Source of the DNA: Bryobacteraceae bacterium
GTDB lineage: Bacteria > Acidobacteriota > Terriglobia > Bryobacterales > Bryobacteraceae
NCBI GenBank assembly: GCA_041394945.1
Contig: JAWKHH010000005.1
Location: forward strand, 312,740 to 376,739
Direction: 5' to 3'
Length of the DNA stretch: 64,000 nt
Shown: positions 31,086-40,213 of the stretch, one piece after another
How the letters are laid out: each line of letters opens with the position of its first letter
Position numbering within the stretch: position 1 is the first letter of the stretch
Notes under the pieces: model-generated
Database searches by the model: none
What the model saw: the letters and a program-made list of their open reading frames with translations, nothing else
What the model was told of the DNA's origin: nothing
Program-made: the position numbers and the translations under genes

Positions 31086-31159
31086 TCGGACATAGCTCAG
31101 TGGGTAGAGCAACAGGTCCACAAGCCTGTGGGTCGCGGGTTCGACTCCCGCTGTCTTGG
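31086..31159 (+). tRNA. tRNA-like gene with an anticodon loop containing CAC (possibly tRNA-Val), atypical 8-nt loop and imperfect acceptor stem
   Basis: D-arm GCTCAGTGGGTAGAGC and T-arm GCGGGTTCGACTCCCGC are canonical. The variable loop GGGTC matches tRNA-Val. The anticodon stem ACAGG/CCTGT encloses the 8-nt loop TCCACAAG. The acceptor has one C-U mismatch and two G-U pairs. Confidence 0.45.
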
Positions 31160-31439
31160 CCGTTCGACTGGAAATCGAACACCAGCAACTGACGGCGACC
31201 CGGTCCCGGCTCCAGCCTCTGGCAGCGTTCATCCGGCTCTGAGCTTCCCTTCCCTCATTCGTAATCCCGGCGTTCGATGACGTGAGCGCTCTCCGTGCGG
31301 TGGCGGGCGGAGGCGTGCGCGGGCGGGTAACGCCGGGCCACGTGTGATACCGGGGAAGACCGCTCGGGTGGGTGCGGAGCCGGGTCCGGGAAGCCATTCC
31401 AAAGTTAGTGAACTTGCAAAGAAAGGAAGGTGTACTGAC

Positions 31440-32561
31440 ATGTTGTATTTGCGGCGCGTCCGGGTCGGCGACCGGGAGCGCGCCATTGTCATCCGCAAGC
31501 GCCGGTTTGAGCGCATCCTGGGGCCGGGCGAGTACTGGCTGTTCGGCTCGGCTGTCGAGGTGGAGGTCCGCCAGGTGGCCGAGGTGGTTTACTCGGGCGA
31601 GTGGGCGGACTATCTGATCCGCGAACATGCCGAGTTGATCAGCGCCTACTTCACGCGCGTGGACACTACGGATGCGCAGGTGGCGCTCGTGTACTTCGAC
31701 GGAAAGCTCGCGCGCGTGGTGGGTTCTGGCCGGCGTGAGCTCTACTGGCGCGGAGGGCCGGAAATCACCGCGCAGGTAGTCGACGCCCGCTCCGAGCCCG
31801 AAGTGCCGGCGGCGCTGGTTGCGCCGTTGACGCGGCTGGGCAAGGCGCCGGTGTCGGCGACGGTGGTCGAGGAGGGGAAGGCCGGATTGCTGTTTCTCGA
31901 CGGACGGTTCGCTCGGCAGCTCGCGCCGGGAGCCTACGCGTTCTGGACGGCGGTGGCCGCGCCGCGCGTGGACGTGATCGATCTGCGTCTGCAGACGCTC
32001 GAGATCCCGGGGCAGGAGATCCTGACGCGGGACAAGGTCTCGCTCCGCGTGAACGTGTGGACCGAGTTCCGGGTGACGGACCCGGTTCGCGCGCGGCAGG
32101 CGGTGAAGGACTTCGCCGAGCACTTGTATCGCACGGTGCAGTTGGCCGTGCGGCAGACGCTCGGGCGCCGGACGCTCGAGGAGATCCTGGCCGAGAAGAC
32201 CACGGTCGATGAGACGGTGGCCGAGGCGGTGCGCCGGGAGATGGAAGGGTTCGGGGTGCGGGTGGGCGCGATCGCGCTGAAGGACATCGTTCTTCCGGGC
32301 GAGATGCGCGAGATCCTCAACCAGGTGGTGGCGGCGGAGAAGCAGGCGCAAGCCAACCTGATCCGCCGGCGGGAGGAGACGGCGGCCACGCGGTCGCTGT
32401 TGAACACCGCGCGCCTGATGGAGGACAACCCGACGCTGGTTCGGCTGAAGGAGCTCGAGACGCTCGAGAAGGTCGTCGAGAAGGTGGGTTCGCTCACCGT
32501 CGGAGGCGGCCTGGAGAGCGTGCTTCGGGATCTGGTGTCGATCGGTGGCGGGAAGCAGTAG
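31440..32561 (+). CDS. SPFH/band-7 (stomatin/prohibitin/flotillin-like) domain protein
   Basis: From ORF 31344..32561(+); ATG 31440 with GGAAGG RBS. SPFH core reads VSLRVNVWTEFRVTDP...RRTLEEIL...AIALKDIVLPGEMREILNQVVAAEKQAQAN. No obvious TM helix. Confidence 0.7.
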   Translation: MLYLRRVRVGDRERAIVIRKRRFERILGPGEYWLFGSAVEVEVRQVAEVVYSGEWADYLIREHAELISAYFTRVDTTDAQVALVYFDGKLARVVGSGRRELYWRGGPEITAQVVDARSEPEVPAALVAPLTRLGKAPVSATVVEEGKAGLLFLDGRFARQLAPGAYAFWTAVAAPRVDVIDLRLQTLEIPGQEILTRDKVSLRVNVWTEFRVTDPVRARQAVKDFAEHLYRTVQLAVRQTLGRRTLEEILAEKTTVDETVAEAVRREMEGFGVRVGAIALKDIVLPGEMREILNQVVAAEKQAQANLIRRREETAATRSLLNTARLMEDNPTLVRLKELETLEKVVEKVGSLTVGGGLESVLRDLVSIGGGKQ

Positions 32562-32586
32562 TGGGGCAGGCGAACGGCGCGCCTGC

Positions 32587-32991
32587 TTACGCCTCGAGGA
32601 AACGGCTGATCCGGCCGCGGACCCGATCGACGTCTCGGAGTTGGCACTCCCAGACGATCAGCCGTTTCCAGCCCAAGGTCCGCAACCGGGCCCGGACTTC
32701 AATGTCGCGGGCCCGATTGCGGGCGACCTTGCCAATCCAGTACTCCCGATTGCTTTTAGGAACGCGTGCGCCCCGTTTACAGCGATGTCCGTGCCAGAAA
32801 CATCCATGGACAAAGATCACCTTGCGGAGGCGAGGGAACGCGAGATCCGGTTTCCCCGGAATGTCCGGGCGATGCAAACGGAAGCGGTACCCCAGTCCGT
32901 GAGCAATTCGGCGAACGGTCAACTCTGGAGCTGTATCGCGCCCCTTGACGGCCCGCATGATGCGGCTGCGCAGGTCGGCGGGTTCTCTCAC
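32587..32991 (-). CDS. vsr: Very-short-patch repair endonuclease Vsr
   Basis: From ORF 32587..33174(-). Start set at GTG (VREPADLRSRIMRAVKGRDTAPE) by analogy with the E. coli Vsr N-terminus; ATG at 32958 is the alternative. Core reads KPDLAFPRLRKVIFVHGCFWHGH. Confidence 0.8.
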   Translation of the reverse strand: MREPADLRSRIMRAVKGRDTAPELTVRRIAHGLGYRFRLHRPDIPGKPDLAFPRLRKVIFVHGCFWHGHRCKRGARVPKSNREYWIGKVARNRARDIEVRARLRTLGWKRLIVWECQLRDVDRVRGRISRFLEA

Positions 32992-33065
32992 CTTAGTAGC
33001 CTGATCTTGAGGCCATGCCGGGTGGCAAACACGCTTCGTTGCTTCTGCCGCGGGGAAATCATCTT

Positions 33066-34211
33066 TCAGGCTGCTTCCCTGGCTGTATCTTCCACACTCC
33101 CGACCAAGGGTTCCAGCAAGTGCTTCGCGAGAAATCGGACCACCGGAACGACCACGCCGTCGCCGGCGAGGCAATAGGCGTCGTTGTAGTTCTCCGGCAA
33201 CAAGTAGCCTTCCGGAAGGCCCATCAGACGAGCCGCTTCACGGGGCGAAAGCAACCTCGACCGGACGCGATCGCCTTCTACGATCATGATCGTTTGTCTG
33301 CTCGATCCCCCGGCGGGCGTTCGCAGGCAGCCCGACATATCATCAAAGCGGACCTCGGCGCGCTGAACGCGCCTGCCCTTGTCGTCGACCCTCGTCCTTC
33401 GATAGATGCCGCCAACTACCCGCGTGCCCATGCGGATCGCCCGATCGAGTTTCCCGCGGTTGGCCGGGCTCATCATGCCGATCAGCTTCTGTGTCTCTGC
33501 GGTTGTGTGCCAGCGTACGCCGCCTGGCTCGGCCTCGATCATGTCGGAGAACCGCGTCGTGCGGGGCGGCGGCTCCGGCAATCTCCACCAAAGCCAGGAC
33601 TCCTTCGTTGCGGGCGGCAAACTGTCACAGGTGGTCAGGAGGCTCCGCGGATACCAGCAGTTCCCTGGGACCGCATCCACCAGTTGCGCCGCGGTTGGGA
33701 GATCCCGGCGCGCGGCGACAACGAAAAGGCGGGGACGGGATTGTGGAACGAAGCGGGCGGCGTCGATCACCAAGGCGCCGAACAAATAACCGCCCCGGTG
33801 CAAAGCGCCGGCAATCGCGGCGAAATCGCTGCCGCCGTGAGAGGTAATGGCGCCGCATACATTTTCGAGGACGATGAGCGAGGGGGCTCGCTTCTCTTCG
33901 GACAAGATCTCGACCAAACGCCAAAATCGCCAGAACGTTCCGGATCTCTTCCCGTTGAGTCCGGCGTAATCGCCGGCCAAGGAGAGGTCTTGACATGGGA
34001 AGGAAGCCCATGCCAGATCGGCCTGGCCGGGAAGGTCGGCCGAGGTCAACGCAGCGACATCGGCGATCTTGAGATGATCGGCGCCCCAATTCGCTTTGTA
34101 GCTCGCTCCCTTGGTCACGTCGATGTCGTTTGCGAACAGACAGTCCCAGTTCCGGCCGAGTCCGGCCCGGGCCATTCCGCCTCCAGCAAAAAATTCGTAG
34201 AACTTCGGCAT
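33066..34211 (-). CDS. dcm: DNA cytosine-5 methyltransferase (Dcm-like)
   Basis: From ORF 33066..35129(-), whose 5' 900 nt are antisense to tyrS. Start at MPKFYEFFAGGGMARAG (motif I FxGxG). Motif IV FPCQDLS; motif VI ENV; C-terminal target-recognition and motif X regions present. Confidence 0.8.
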   Translation of the reverse strand: MPKFYEFFAGGGMARAGLGRNWDCLFANDIDVTKGASYKANWGADHLKIADVAALTSADLPGQADLAWASFPCQDLSLAGDYAGLNGKRSGTFWRFWRLVEILSEEKRAPSLIVLENVCGAITSHGGSDFAAIAGALHRGGYLFGALVIDAARFVPQSRPRLFVVAARRDLPTAAQLVDAVPGNCWYPRSLLTTCDSLPPATKESWLWWRLPEPPPRTTRFSDMIEAEPGGVRWHTTAETQKLIGMMSPANRGKLDRAIRMGTRVVGGIYRRTRVDDKGRRVQRAEVRFDDMSGCLRTPAGGSSRQTIMIVEGDRVRSRLLSPREAARLMGLPEGYLLPENYNDAYCLAGDGVVVPVVRFLAKHLLEPLVGSVEDTAREAA

Positions 34212-34370
34212 TTGGATCAGTCTCGCCGGACAGGCGGCCATCCCGAACACGGTGTGACGGACGACGCAACACAGCGGCTGCTGATGGCATTTGAGCATGG
34301 CGGCGACGCCGCGGGCAAGGTCGCCGCCATCGCGTACCCGCGACGATCGTAGACTGAAAGAATCCCGACA

Positions 34371-35645
34371 ATGACCGACCTGATCGCCGAATTGCGCTGG
34401 CGCGGCTTTCTCGCGCAGACCACCTGTGAAGATATCGCCGCATTTCTCGCCGAGCGCCGGACCATCTACGTCGGGTTCGATCCGACGGCGGCCAGTCTTC
34501 ATCTGGGCTCTTTGATCCCTGTGATGGGCCTCGCCCACGCGCAACGCCACGGCCACCGCCCGATCGCGCTGGTGGGCGGCGGCACCGGTCTCATTGGCGA
34601 CCCCAGCGGCAAGAGCACGGAGCGCGTGCTGCTGACGGCGGAGAAGGTGGATGAGAATTGCGCCGGCGTGCGCCGCCAGCTGTCGCGGTTCATCGATCTC
34701 TCCACACCGGAGCAAGGGCTGCTGATCAACAACGCCGAGTGGCTGGCGCCGCTGAAGCTGGTCGAGTTTCTGCGGGATATCGGCAAGCACTTCTCGGTGA
34801 ACGAAATGATCAAGCGGGACTCGGTGCGCATGCGGCTCGAGGAGCGCGACCACGGCATCTCCTACACCGAGTTCAGCTACATGCTGCTGCAAGCCTATGA
34901 TTTCCTGCATCTGCACCGCGTGCAAGGCTGCACAGTGCAGATGGGCGGCAGCGATCAATGGGGCAACATCCTTTCCGGCGCGGACCTCATTCGCCGCATT
35001 GAGGGCGGACGCGCGGAAGGCGTCACGTTTCCGCTGCTCACCACCTCGACGGGCAAGAAGTTTGGCAAGACGGAAGAGGGCGCTGTCTGGCTGGACGCGG
35101 ATCTCACCAGCCCGTACCAGATGTATCAATACTGGATCCAGACCGCCGACGCGGACGCCATCGCCTACCTGAAGCTATTCACGTTCCTGGACCAGGCCGC
35201 GGTGGAGGAACTGGCCAACGAACTGCGGGCGCATCCGGAATCGCGAGCAGCGCAGAAGGCGCTGGCGGCCGAGTGCACGGGCATCGTCCATGGGCGGGAA
35301 TCGGTAGGCGCGGTGGAAGGCGCCACACGCATCCTGTTCGGCGCCGCGGATGTAGCGCCCGACGCGGCGACGATCGATCTGTTGGCGCGCGAGGTACCGT
35401 CGTCGGGAGTGACGGCGGTGGAGTTGGAGACCGGCATCCCGATGGCCGATCTGCTCGTGCGAGCAAAGCTCGCGGAGAGCAAGGGCGCGGCGCGGAAGCT
35501 GATCGACCAGGGTGGCGTCTACGTGAACAACCAGCGGTGCGACCCCGGCCGGAAAGCGGTCACGACGGCGGACATCGCCTGGCCGGAGGCGATTCTGCTG
35601 CGCGCGGGCAAGAAGTCGTACCATCTGCTGCGAGTAGCGCGATGA
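34371..35645 (+). CDS. tyrS: Tyrosine--tRNA ligase
   Basis: ORF 34371..35645(+). HIGH-class motif HLGS; KMSKS as KFGKT; C-terminal S4-like domain. Confidence 0.9.
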   Translation: MTDLIAELRWRGFLAQTTCEDIAAFLAERRTIYVGFDPTAASLHLGSLIPVMGLAHAQRHGHRPIALVGGGTGLIGDPSGKSTERVLLTAEKVDENCAGVRRQLSRFIDLSTPEQGLLINNAEWLAPLKLVEFLRDIGKHFSVNEMIKRDSVRMRLEERDHGISYTEFSYMLLQAYDFLHLHRVQGCTVQMGGSDQWGNILSGADLIRRIEGGRAEGVTFPLLTTSTGKKFGKTEEGAVWLDADLTSPYQMYQYWIQTADADAIAYLKLFTFLDQAAVEELANELRAHPESRAAQKALAAECTGIVHGRESVGAVEGATRILFGAADVAPDAATIDLLAREVPSSGVTAVELETGIPMADLLVRAKLAESKGAARKLIDQGGVYVNNQRCDPGRKAVTTADIAWPEAILLRAGKKSYHLLRVAR

Positions 35646-37636
35646 AGGCCGCCGCCTTGCTGCTTTCCGTGGCGGCAATGCTACCGGCGGCGGAGACGTT
35701 CCCTGCCGGACACTGGGCGTCGAAACGCGGCAAGCAGTGGAGCGCGGCCGGTTTGCGCGAGGCGCGCGAGTACGCACAAGGTCTGAAGACGGCAGCGGTG
35801 ATGATCGTCCAGGACGGCGGCATCGTGGACCAATGGGGCGACACCGCCGCGAAGTATCCGTGCCATTCGATGCGCAAGAGCCTGCTCAGCGCTCTCTACG
35901 GCGCTTTGGCGGCGGAGGGCAAGATCCACCTCGACGCGACGCTCGAGTCGCTCGGCATCGATGACAACGCGCCCCGGCTCACCGCGATCGAGAAGCATGC
36001 GACCGTGCGCGACCTGCTCGAGGCGCGCTCGGGCATTTATCATCCGGCGCTTTACGAGACGGCGTCGATGAAGATGATCAAACCCCCGCGCGGATCCATG
36101 GCGCCGGGTTCGCACTGGGTGTACAACAACTGGGACTTCAACGCGCTGGGCACGATCTTCGAGAAGGCCGCCGGCCGCCGTATCTACGAGGAGTTCGGAC
36201 GGCGCATCGCCGGACCGATTGGGATGGAAGACTTCACGGTTGCCGACGGCGAGCGCGTCACCGGCGACGCTTCGGAGCACGCGGCCTACCCGGTGAAGAT
36301 GTCGGCGCGGGATCTGGCCCGCTTCGGTCTGCTGTTCTTGCGCGAGGGGAACTGGCGCGGGAGCCAGGTGTTGCCGGCCGAGTGGGTGCGGGAGTCGACG
36401 AGATCGTACTCCGACGCCCGCGGCTACGGCGGCTCGGGTTACGGCTACATGTGGTGGGTGGACGGAGGATGGTACAGCGCGCGCGGGGCCGGCGGGCACA
36501 TGGTGGCCGTGGTTCCGGCGCTGGATCTCGTTGTGGTGCATCGCGTGAACACGGCCGAGGCGGGCAACTCGGTTCGTGAGAGCGCGGTCCGCACGCTGAT
36601 GCACAAGATCGTGGCCGCGGCGGGGCGTCCGGATGTGATTCCCGCGTACGAGCCGCGGCTGGCTCCGCCGTGCCTGACGCCGAAGGCCGATTGCACGGAG
36701 CGGCTCTACATCGGGGAGCGCTATGTTTCGATCTATCGCAACTACCCGGTCCAGACCGGCGCGCATCCGGGCATCCAGCGCGCGTTGGTGATGGTCCACG
36801 GCGCGGGGCGCAACGCGAATGACTACTACGGCACGGCGATGGCGGCGGCGGTGGCGGCGGGCAAGTTGGAACGGACGATTCTGGTGGCGCCGCACTTTAA
36901 GGCCAACGACGGCAAGGGCTGCAAGGACCCCGGCGAGCCCGAAGAGGCGCTGTTCCCGTGCGGCGGATGGCGCGAGGGCGAGGCAGCGCTCAACCGCGAC
37001 GCAGGCCGCGCGGTCCACTCCTACGATTTCGTGGACCGGGCGCTGGAGCTGTTCAACGACAAAGACCGGTTCCCGGACCTTCGCGAGGTGGTGGTGGCGG
37101 GCCATTCGGCGGGCGGCCAGTTCGTGCAGCGGTATGCCGGAATCAACCGGGCGGAGTCGGCGATGCGCGTCCCGGTGCGCTACGTGGTCGCCAACCCATC
37201 CACTTATATGTACCTGAGCGACATCCGGCCGCGCTCGACGACCACTTGTTCGCCACAGGGCGGCTGCACCGTTCCGTTCGCGCCCTACTGGGACTCGGAG
37301 AATTGCACCACTTACAATCAGTTCAAATACGGGCTCGAGAAGCTGACGGGGTATGCGGCCGGAGTGGGCGCGGAGGCGATCCGCGGGCAGTACGCGAAGC
37401 GGGCGATCACCTACATGGTGGGCGAACTGGACCGGCAGCGGGACCCCAGTCTCGACAAGACGTGCCCGGCGATGGCGCAGGGGCCGAATCGATACGAGCG
37501 GGGGGTCAACTTCTGGAACTACGCGAAGGAGCAACTCCAGGCGGCGCATCCGCTGGCGGTGGCTCCGGGGTGCGGGCACTCGGCGACGTGCATGTACGCG
37601 GGCGCGACTGGACTGAAGGTTCTGTTTCCAGAGTAG
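35642..37636 (+). CDS. Beta-lactamase-family serine hydrolase fused to a C-terminal alpha/beta-hydrolase domain, secreted
   Basis: From ORF 35273..37636(+); ATG 35642 overlaps the tyrS TGA as ATGA. Signal peptide MKAAALLLSVAAML. Class-C-like SxxK (SMRKSL). C-terminal GHSAGG nucleophile elbow. Confidence 0.7.
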   Translation: MKAAALLLSVAAMLPAAETFPAGHWASKRGKQWSAAGLREAREYAQGLKTAAVMIVQDGGIVDQWGDTAAKYPCHSMRKSLLSALYGALAAEGKIHLDATLESLGIDDNAPRLTAIEKHATVRDLLEARSGIYHPALYETASMKMIKPPRGSMAPGSHWVYNNWDFNALGTIFEKAAGRRIYEEFGRRIAGPIGMEDFTVADGERVTGDASEHAAYPVKMSARDLARFGLLFLREGNWRGSQVLPAEWVRESTRSYSDARGYGGSGYGYMWWVDGGWYSARGAGGHMVAVVPALDLVVVHRVNTAEAGNSVRESAVRTLMHKIVAAAGRPDVIPAYEPRLAPPCLTPKADCTERLYIGERYVSIYRNYPVQTGAHPGIQRALVMVHGAGRNANDYYGTAMAAAVAAGKLERTILVAPHFKANDGKGCKDPGEPEEALFPCGGWREGEAALNRDAGRAVHSYDFVDRALELFNDKDRFPDLREVVVAGHSAGGQFVQRYAGINRAESAMRVPVRYVVANPSTYMYLSDIRPRSTTTCSPQGGCTVPFAPYWDSENCTTYNQFKYGLEKLTGYAAGVGAEAIRGQYAKRAITYMVGELDRQRDPSLDKTCPAMAQGPNRYERGVNFWNYAKEQLQAAHPLAVAPGCGHSATCMYAGATGLKVLFPE

Positions 37637-37650
37637 AATCGCCGCGGGAG

Positions 37651-37740
37651 TGGCGGAGGAAGAGGGATTCGAACCCCCGGTACCCTTCCGGGCACAACGG
37701 TTTTCAAGACCGCCGCCTTAAACCACTCGGCCATTCCTCC
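37651..37740 (-). tRNA. tRNA-Ser (anticodon TGA), class II with a long variable arm, CCA encoded
   Basis: Reverse complement reads GGAGGAA TG GCCGAGTGGTTTAAGGC G GCGGT CTTGAAA ACCGT [TGTGCCCGGAAGGGTACC] GGGGGTTCGAATCCCTC TTCCTCC G CCA. The acceptor stem is perfect. Confidence 0.85.
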
Positions 37741-37839
37741 GCGGTCATTCCCATCGTAGCAGCGGTGGCCGCAAATGGGGATCTCTGGTCCGATCCCGAT
37801 TTTTGGTTTATAGTTGACAGTGAGGGCGAGCTCCCACCC

Positions 37840-38076
37840 ATGAAGAAAAAGAAGCCCACCGCCAATCTGCCCGCCGACGCTCCGATCGTCGCGCCTGAGA
37901 TTCTCGAGCAGGCTAAGATCGCCGCCGACACGGACAAGCTTGCCATGCGCGCCAAGTGCGTGGTTTGCGGCGGGGAGACGTCCGCCAACTCGTCCGAGCA
38001 GCTCTGCTGGGTCTGCCGCCGCCTCAAGATCAGCGCCTGGCGCGACTCCGATCTCCAGATGGGCGCGCAGGAATAG
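37840..38076 (+). CDS. Small zinc-ribbon protein (78 aa), hypothetical
   Basis: Internal start MKKKKPTANL of ORF 36958..38076(+). Contains CVVCGG...CWVCRR (CxxC-x15-CxxC). TTGACA lies at 37814 upstream. Confidence 0.35.
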   Translation: MKKKKPTANLPADAPIVAPEILEQAKIAADTDKLAMRAKCVVCGGETSANSSEQLCWVCRRLKISAWRDSDLQMGAQE

Positions 38077-38083
38077 CGTTTTC

Positions 38084-38992
38084 CTACTTTCGCTCCGCCA
38101 ACACCCGCTCGTAGATGTGAGCCGCCACGGCGACATCCTGCACGCCGAGTCCATTCGACTTGAAGACGGTGATCTCACCGGGTGAGGTGCGCCCTGGAAG
38201 GCGTCCAGCGGCGATTTCCTGCAGCTCCACCACGCGGGGCGAATCCAGATCCACACCCCCCAACAGCAGGTCGCCAGATTCGATCCGGGCCTGATCGCGG
38301 GAATCCACCGCGATCCGCGCCGCGGCGGCCAGCAAATCGGCCGGCAACTCGCGCCGGGTCGGGTTGTTCGATCCGGCGGCGTTGACGTGGCATCCCGGCG
38401 CGATCCAAGCCGCGTCCACCACGGGGTCCTTGGAAAAAGTGATCGTCACTACGATATCGGCCCCTCGGACCGCCTCTTCGGCCGTCTCCGGCGCAACCGC
38501 GCCGAACCGATCCGCGAAGGCCCGCCGCCGCCCGGCGTTCCGGCTCCAGACCCGTGCTTCACGGATCGGGCGGACGGCGCGAATCGCGGCCAGCTGGGTC
38601 TCGGCCTGAAAGCCGGCTCCGATCACGGCGAGCACGGTGGCGTCTTCCCGCGCCATGAGCCGCGTGGCCACGCCCGACGCCGCACCGGTGCGGATCTGGC
38701 CGAGGTGGTTGGCGTCGAATAACGCCAAGGGCCGCGCCGTGGCGGCATCATACAAAAGCACGTGGAAGTGCGCGCCATGCTTGGGGTGCGTGGAGTAAAT
38801 CTTCGTGCCGAAATAGCCGCCCCAAGCCCCTGCCAGTTGGTGGAGAACGCTTCCCGTGGGCAGCATGAGGCGGCGGCGCGGCTGATTGACGGCTTCGCCG
38901 GTGGCTAACCTCACGAAGGTATCCTCCACGAGACGAACGGCGTCGGCCATTGGGAGGTGGCGCAGGACGTCTTCCTCGGTGAGTACGAGCAT
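38084..38992 (-). CDS. Ornithine cyclodeaminase / mu-crystallin family protein
   Basis: From ORF 38084..39082(-); start MLVLTEEDVLRHLPM. Rossmann motif VIGAGFQA. Family-typical length of ~300 aa. Confidence 0.7.
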   Translation of the reverse strand: MLVLTEEDVLRHLPMADAVRLVEDTFVRLATGEAVNQPRRRLMLPTGSVLHQLAGAWGGYFGTKIYSTHPKHGAHFHVLLYDAATARPLALFDANHLGQIRTGAASGVATRLMAREDATVLAVIGAGFQAETQLAAIRAVRPIREARVWSRNAGRRRAFADRFGAVAPETAEEAVRGADIVVTITFSKDPVVDAAWIAPGCHVNAAGSNNPTRRELPADLLAAAARIAVDSRDQARIESGDLLLGGVDLDSPRVVELQEIAAGRLPGRTSPGEITVFKSNGLGVQDVAVAAHIYERVLAERK

Positions 38993-39310
38993 GCTCAGAT
39001 TGTAGAGCTTTCCGCTTACGAGTGGTATTGCCATAGGCAGAGTACTAGATACCCCATCCAAGCGAAGTACGTTGTTTTTCAACGCCCTAGTGGATCGCAG
39101 CCCGCGCGGGTACCATCGCTTGCGGTGAATCCGGATAGGAGTCCCTGAAACCGTAATCCCAACAAAAAAAGGAACTTCGGCCCAGTGGTTCGACCCGGTC
39201 GGTCTATGGGTGGGACGCAGCCTCAGTGGTTATTCTGCACTTGGCACTGAACAACACCCGAGGGAAATCTCAGGTAATGGCCGGTGCGACATCAAAGAGG
39301 AGTTCATCCA

Positions 39311-39946
39311 GTGAAACGGATCATTTCGGTTGCTTTGTTTGCCGCGACGGCTCTCACCGCGGGAAGCTTTACTATTGACGACTACTCGGTCGGCCAGGGG
39401 CCGATCATCACCAGCACTGTACCCACCACGATCACCGACGGTCCTCTGGCGATCGGTGGCGGCATCAGCCGCCTGATCACTCTCGAGACGCTCGCCGCGC
39501 TGCAGCCGCCGGCGTTCCAGGTGGAAGCCGGTTTCGGCGTCTTCGACGTCAACAATGGAACGGGCGATGACAGCCAGGTGACGGTCGACTACACAATTCC
39601 CGCGCTGCCGATTCCGCCGGGTGCGAGCAACGTGGAATTTTTCCTCACAATCGTCCAGTCGGACGCGAACCCCACCAGCGTCGATCTGAGCGGCGTCGCC
39701 TCCGGCAGCTTTTCGATCGCGCCGAACACGCTGAACCAGACCGTGTTCTTCTCCGTCCCGGGAGTCGCTTTCGGTCCCGGCACCCTGACGCTCACTTTCA
39801 ACGGGGCCCCCGGTTGGGATCTTTCGGTGGATTCGTTCGGCGTGCAGTGGAAGGATCGCAGCCCGGTTCCCGAGCCGAGCACCATTGGCCTGATCGGCGC
39901 CGGTCTGATCGGCCTCGGAATTCTGCGCCGGAAGCAAATCGCCTAA
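39311..39946 (+). CDS. PEP-CTERM sorting-domain protein (exosortase substrate), paralog 1
   Basis: From ORF 39284..39946(+); GTG 39311 sits 8 nt after AAGAGGAG. Signal peptide. C-terminal VPEPSTIGLIGAGLIGLGILRRKQIA is the PEP-CTERM motif with TM helix and basic tail. Confidence 0.7.
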   Translation: MKRIISVALFAATALTAGSFTIDDYSVGQGPIITSTVPTTITDGPLAIGGGISRLITLETLAALQPPAFQVEAGFGVFDVNNGTGDDSQVTVDYTIPALPIPPGASNVEFFLTIVQSDANPTSVDLSGVASGSFSIAPNTLNQTVFFSVPGVAFGPGTLTLTFNGAPGWDLSVDSFGVQWKDRSPVPEPSTIGLIGAGLIGLGILRRKQIA

Positions 39947-39995
39947 TCGCACGGCAAAAGCGGCCTCGGCAACAAGAGCACACTATTTCGCATGC

Positions 39996-40037
39996 GGGCA
40001 GGGTCCACCCACAACATGGTGGGCCCTGCCCTTTTCG
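39996..40037 (+). terminator. Rho-independent terminator after PEP-CTERM paralog 1
   Basis: GGGCAGGGTCCACC-cacaacat-GGTGGGCCCTGCCC followed by TTTTCG. 14-bp stem with one mismatch. Confidence 0.55.
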
Positions 40038-40213
40038 CTGTTGCGAACCGCCACTTCCTACAAGTACCAGATAGTACTCCCGTCGCTGGATACCGGAAAA
40101 ATTGTCTTGAATCAACGCAGTACACGGTGTACCCTACTTTGGGGTGATTATGTCTCCCAAAAAAGGGACTAGGCACCGAGCAGGACGATGAAGATGAGGA
40201 GTAGTTAAACATA

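Noticed and set aside
30929-31192. 87-aa ORF preceded by GGAG and ATG
   Set aside because: It fully overlaps the tRNA-like gene and has no homology signal. The upstream promoter-like boxes more plausibly serve the tRNA.
33066-35129. A 687-aa minus-strand ORF suggesting a very large methyltransferase
   Set aside because: Only the C-terminal 381 aa, from MPKFYEFFAGGG, carry methyltransferase motifs. The N-terminal 300 aa are antisense to tyrS (34371-35645) and Arg-rich.
39240-39260. TGGCAC motif resembling a sigma54 -24 element upstream of PEP-CTERM paralog 1
   Set aside because: There is no GC dinucleotide (TTGC) at the required -12 spacing, so it does not fit the sigma54 consensus.
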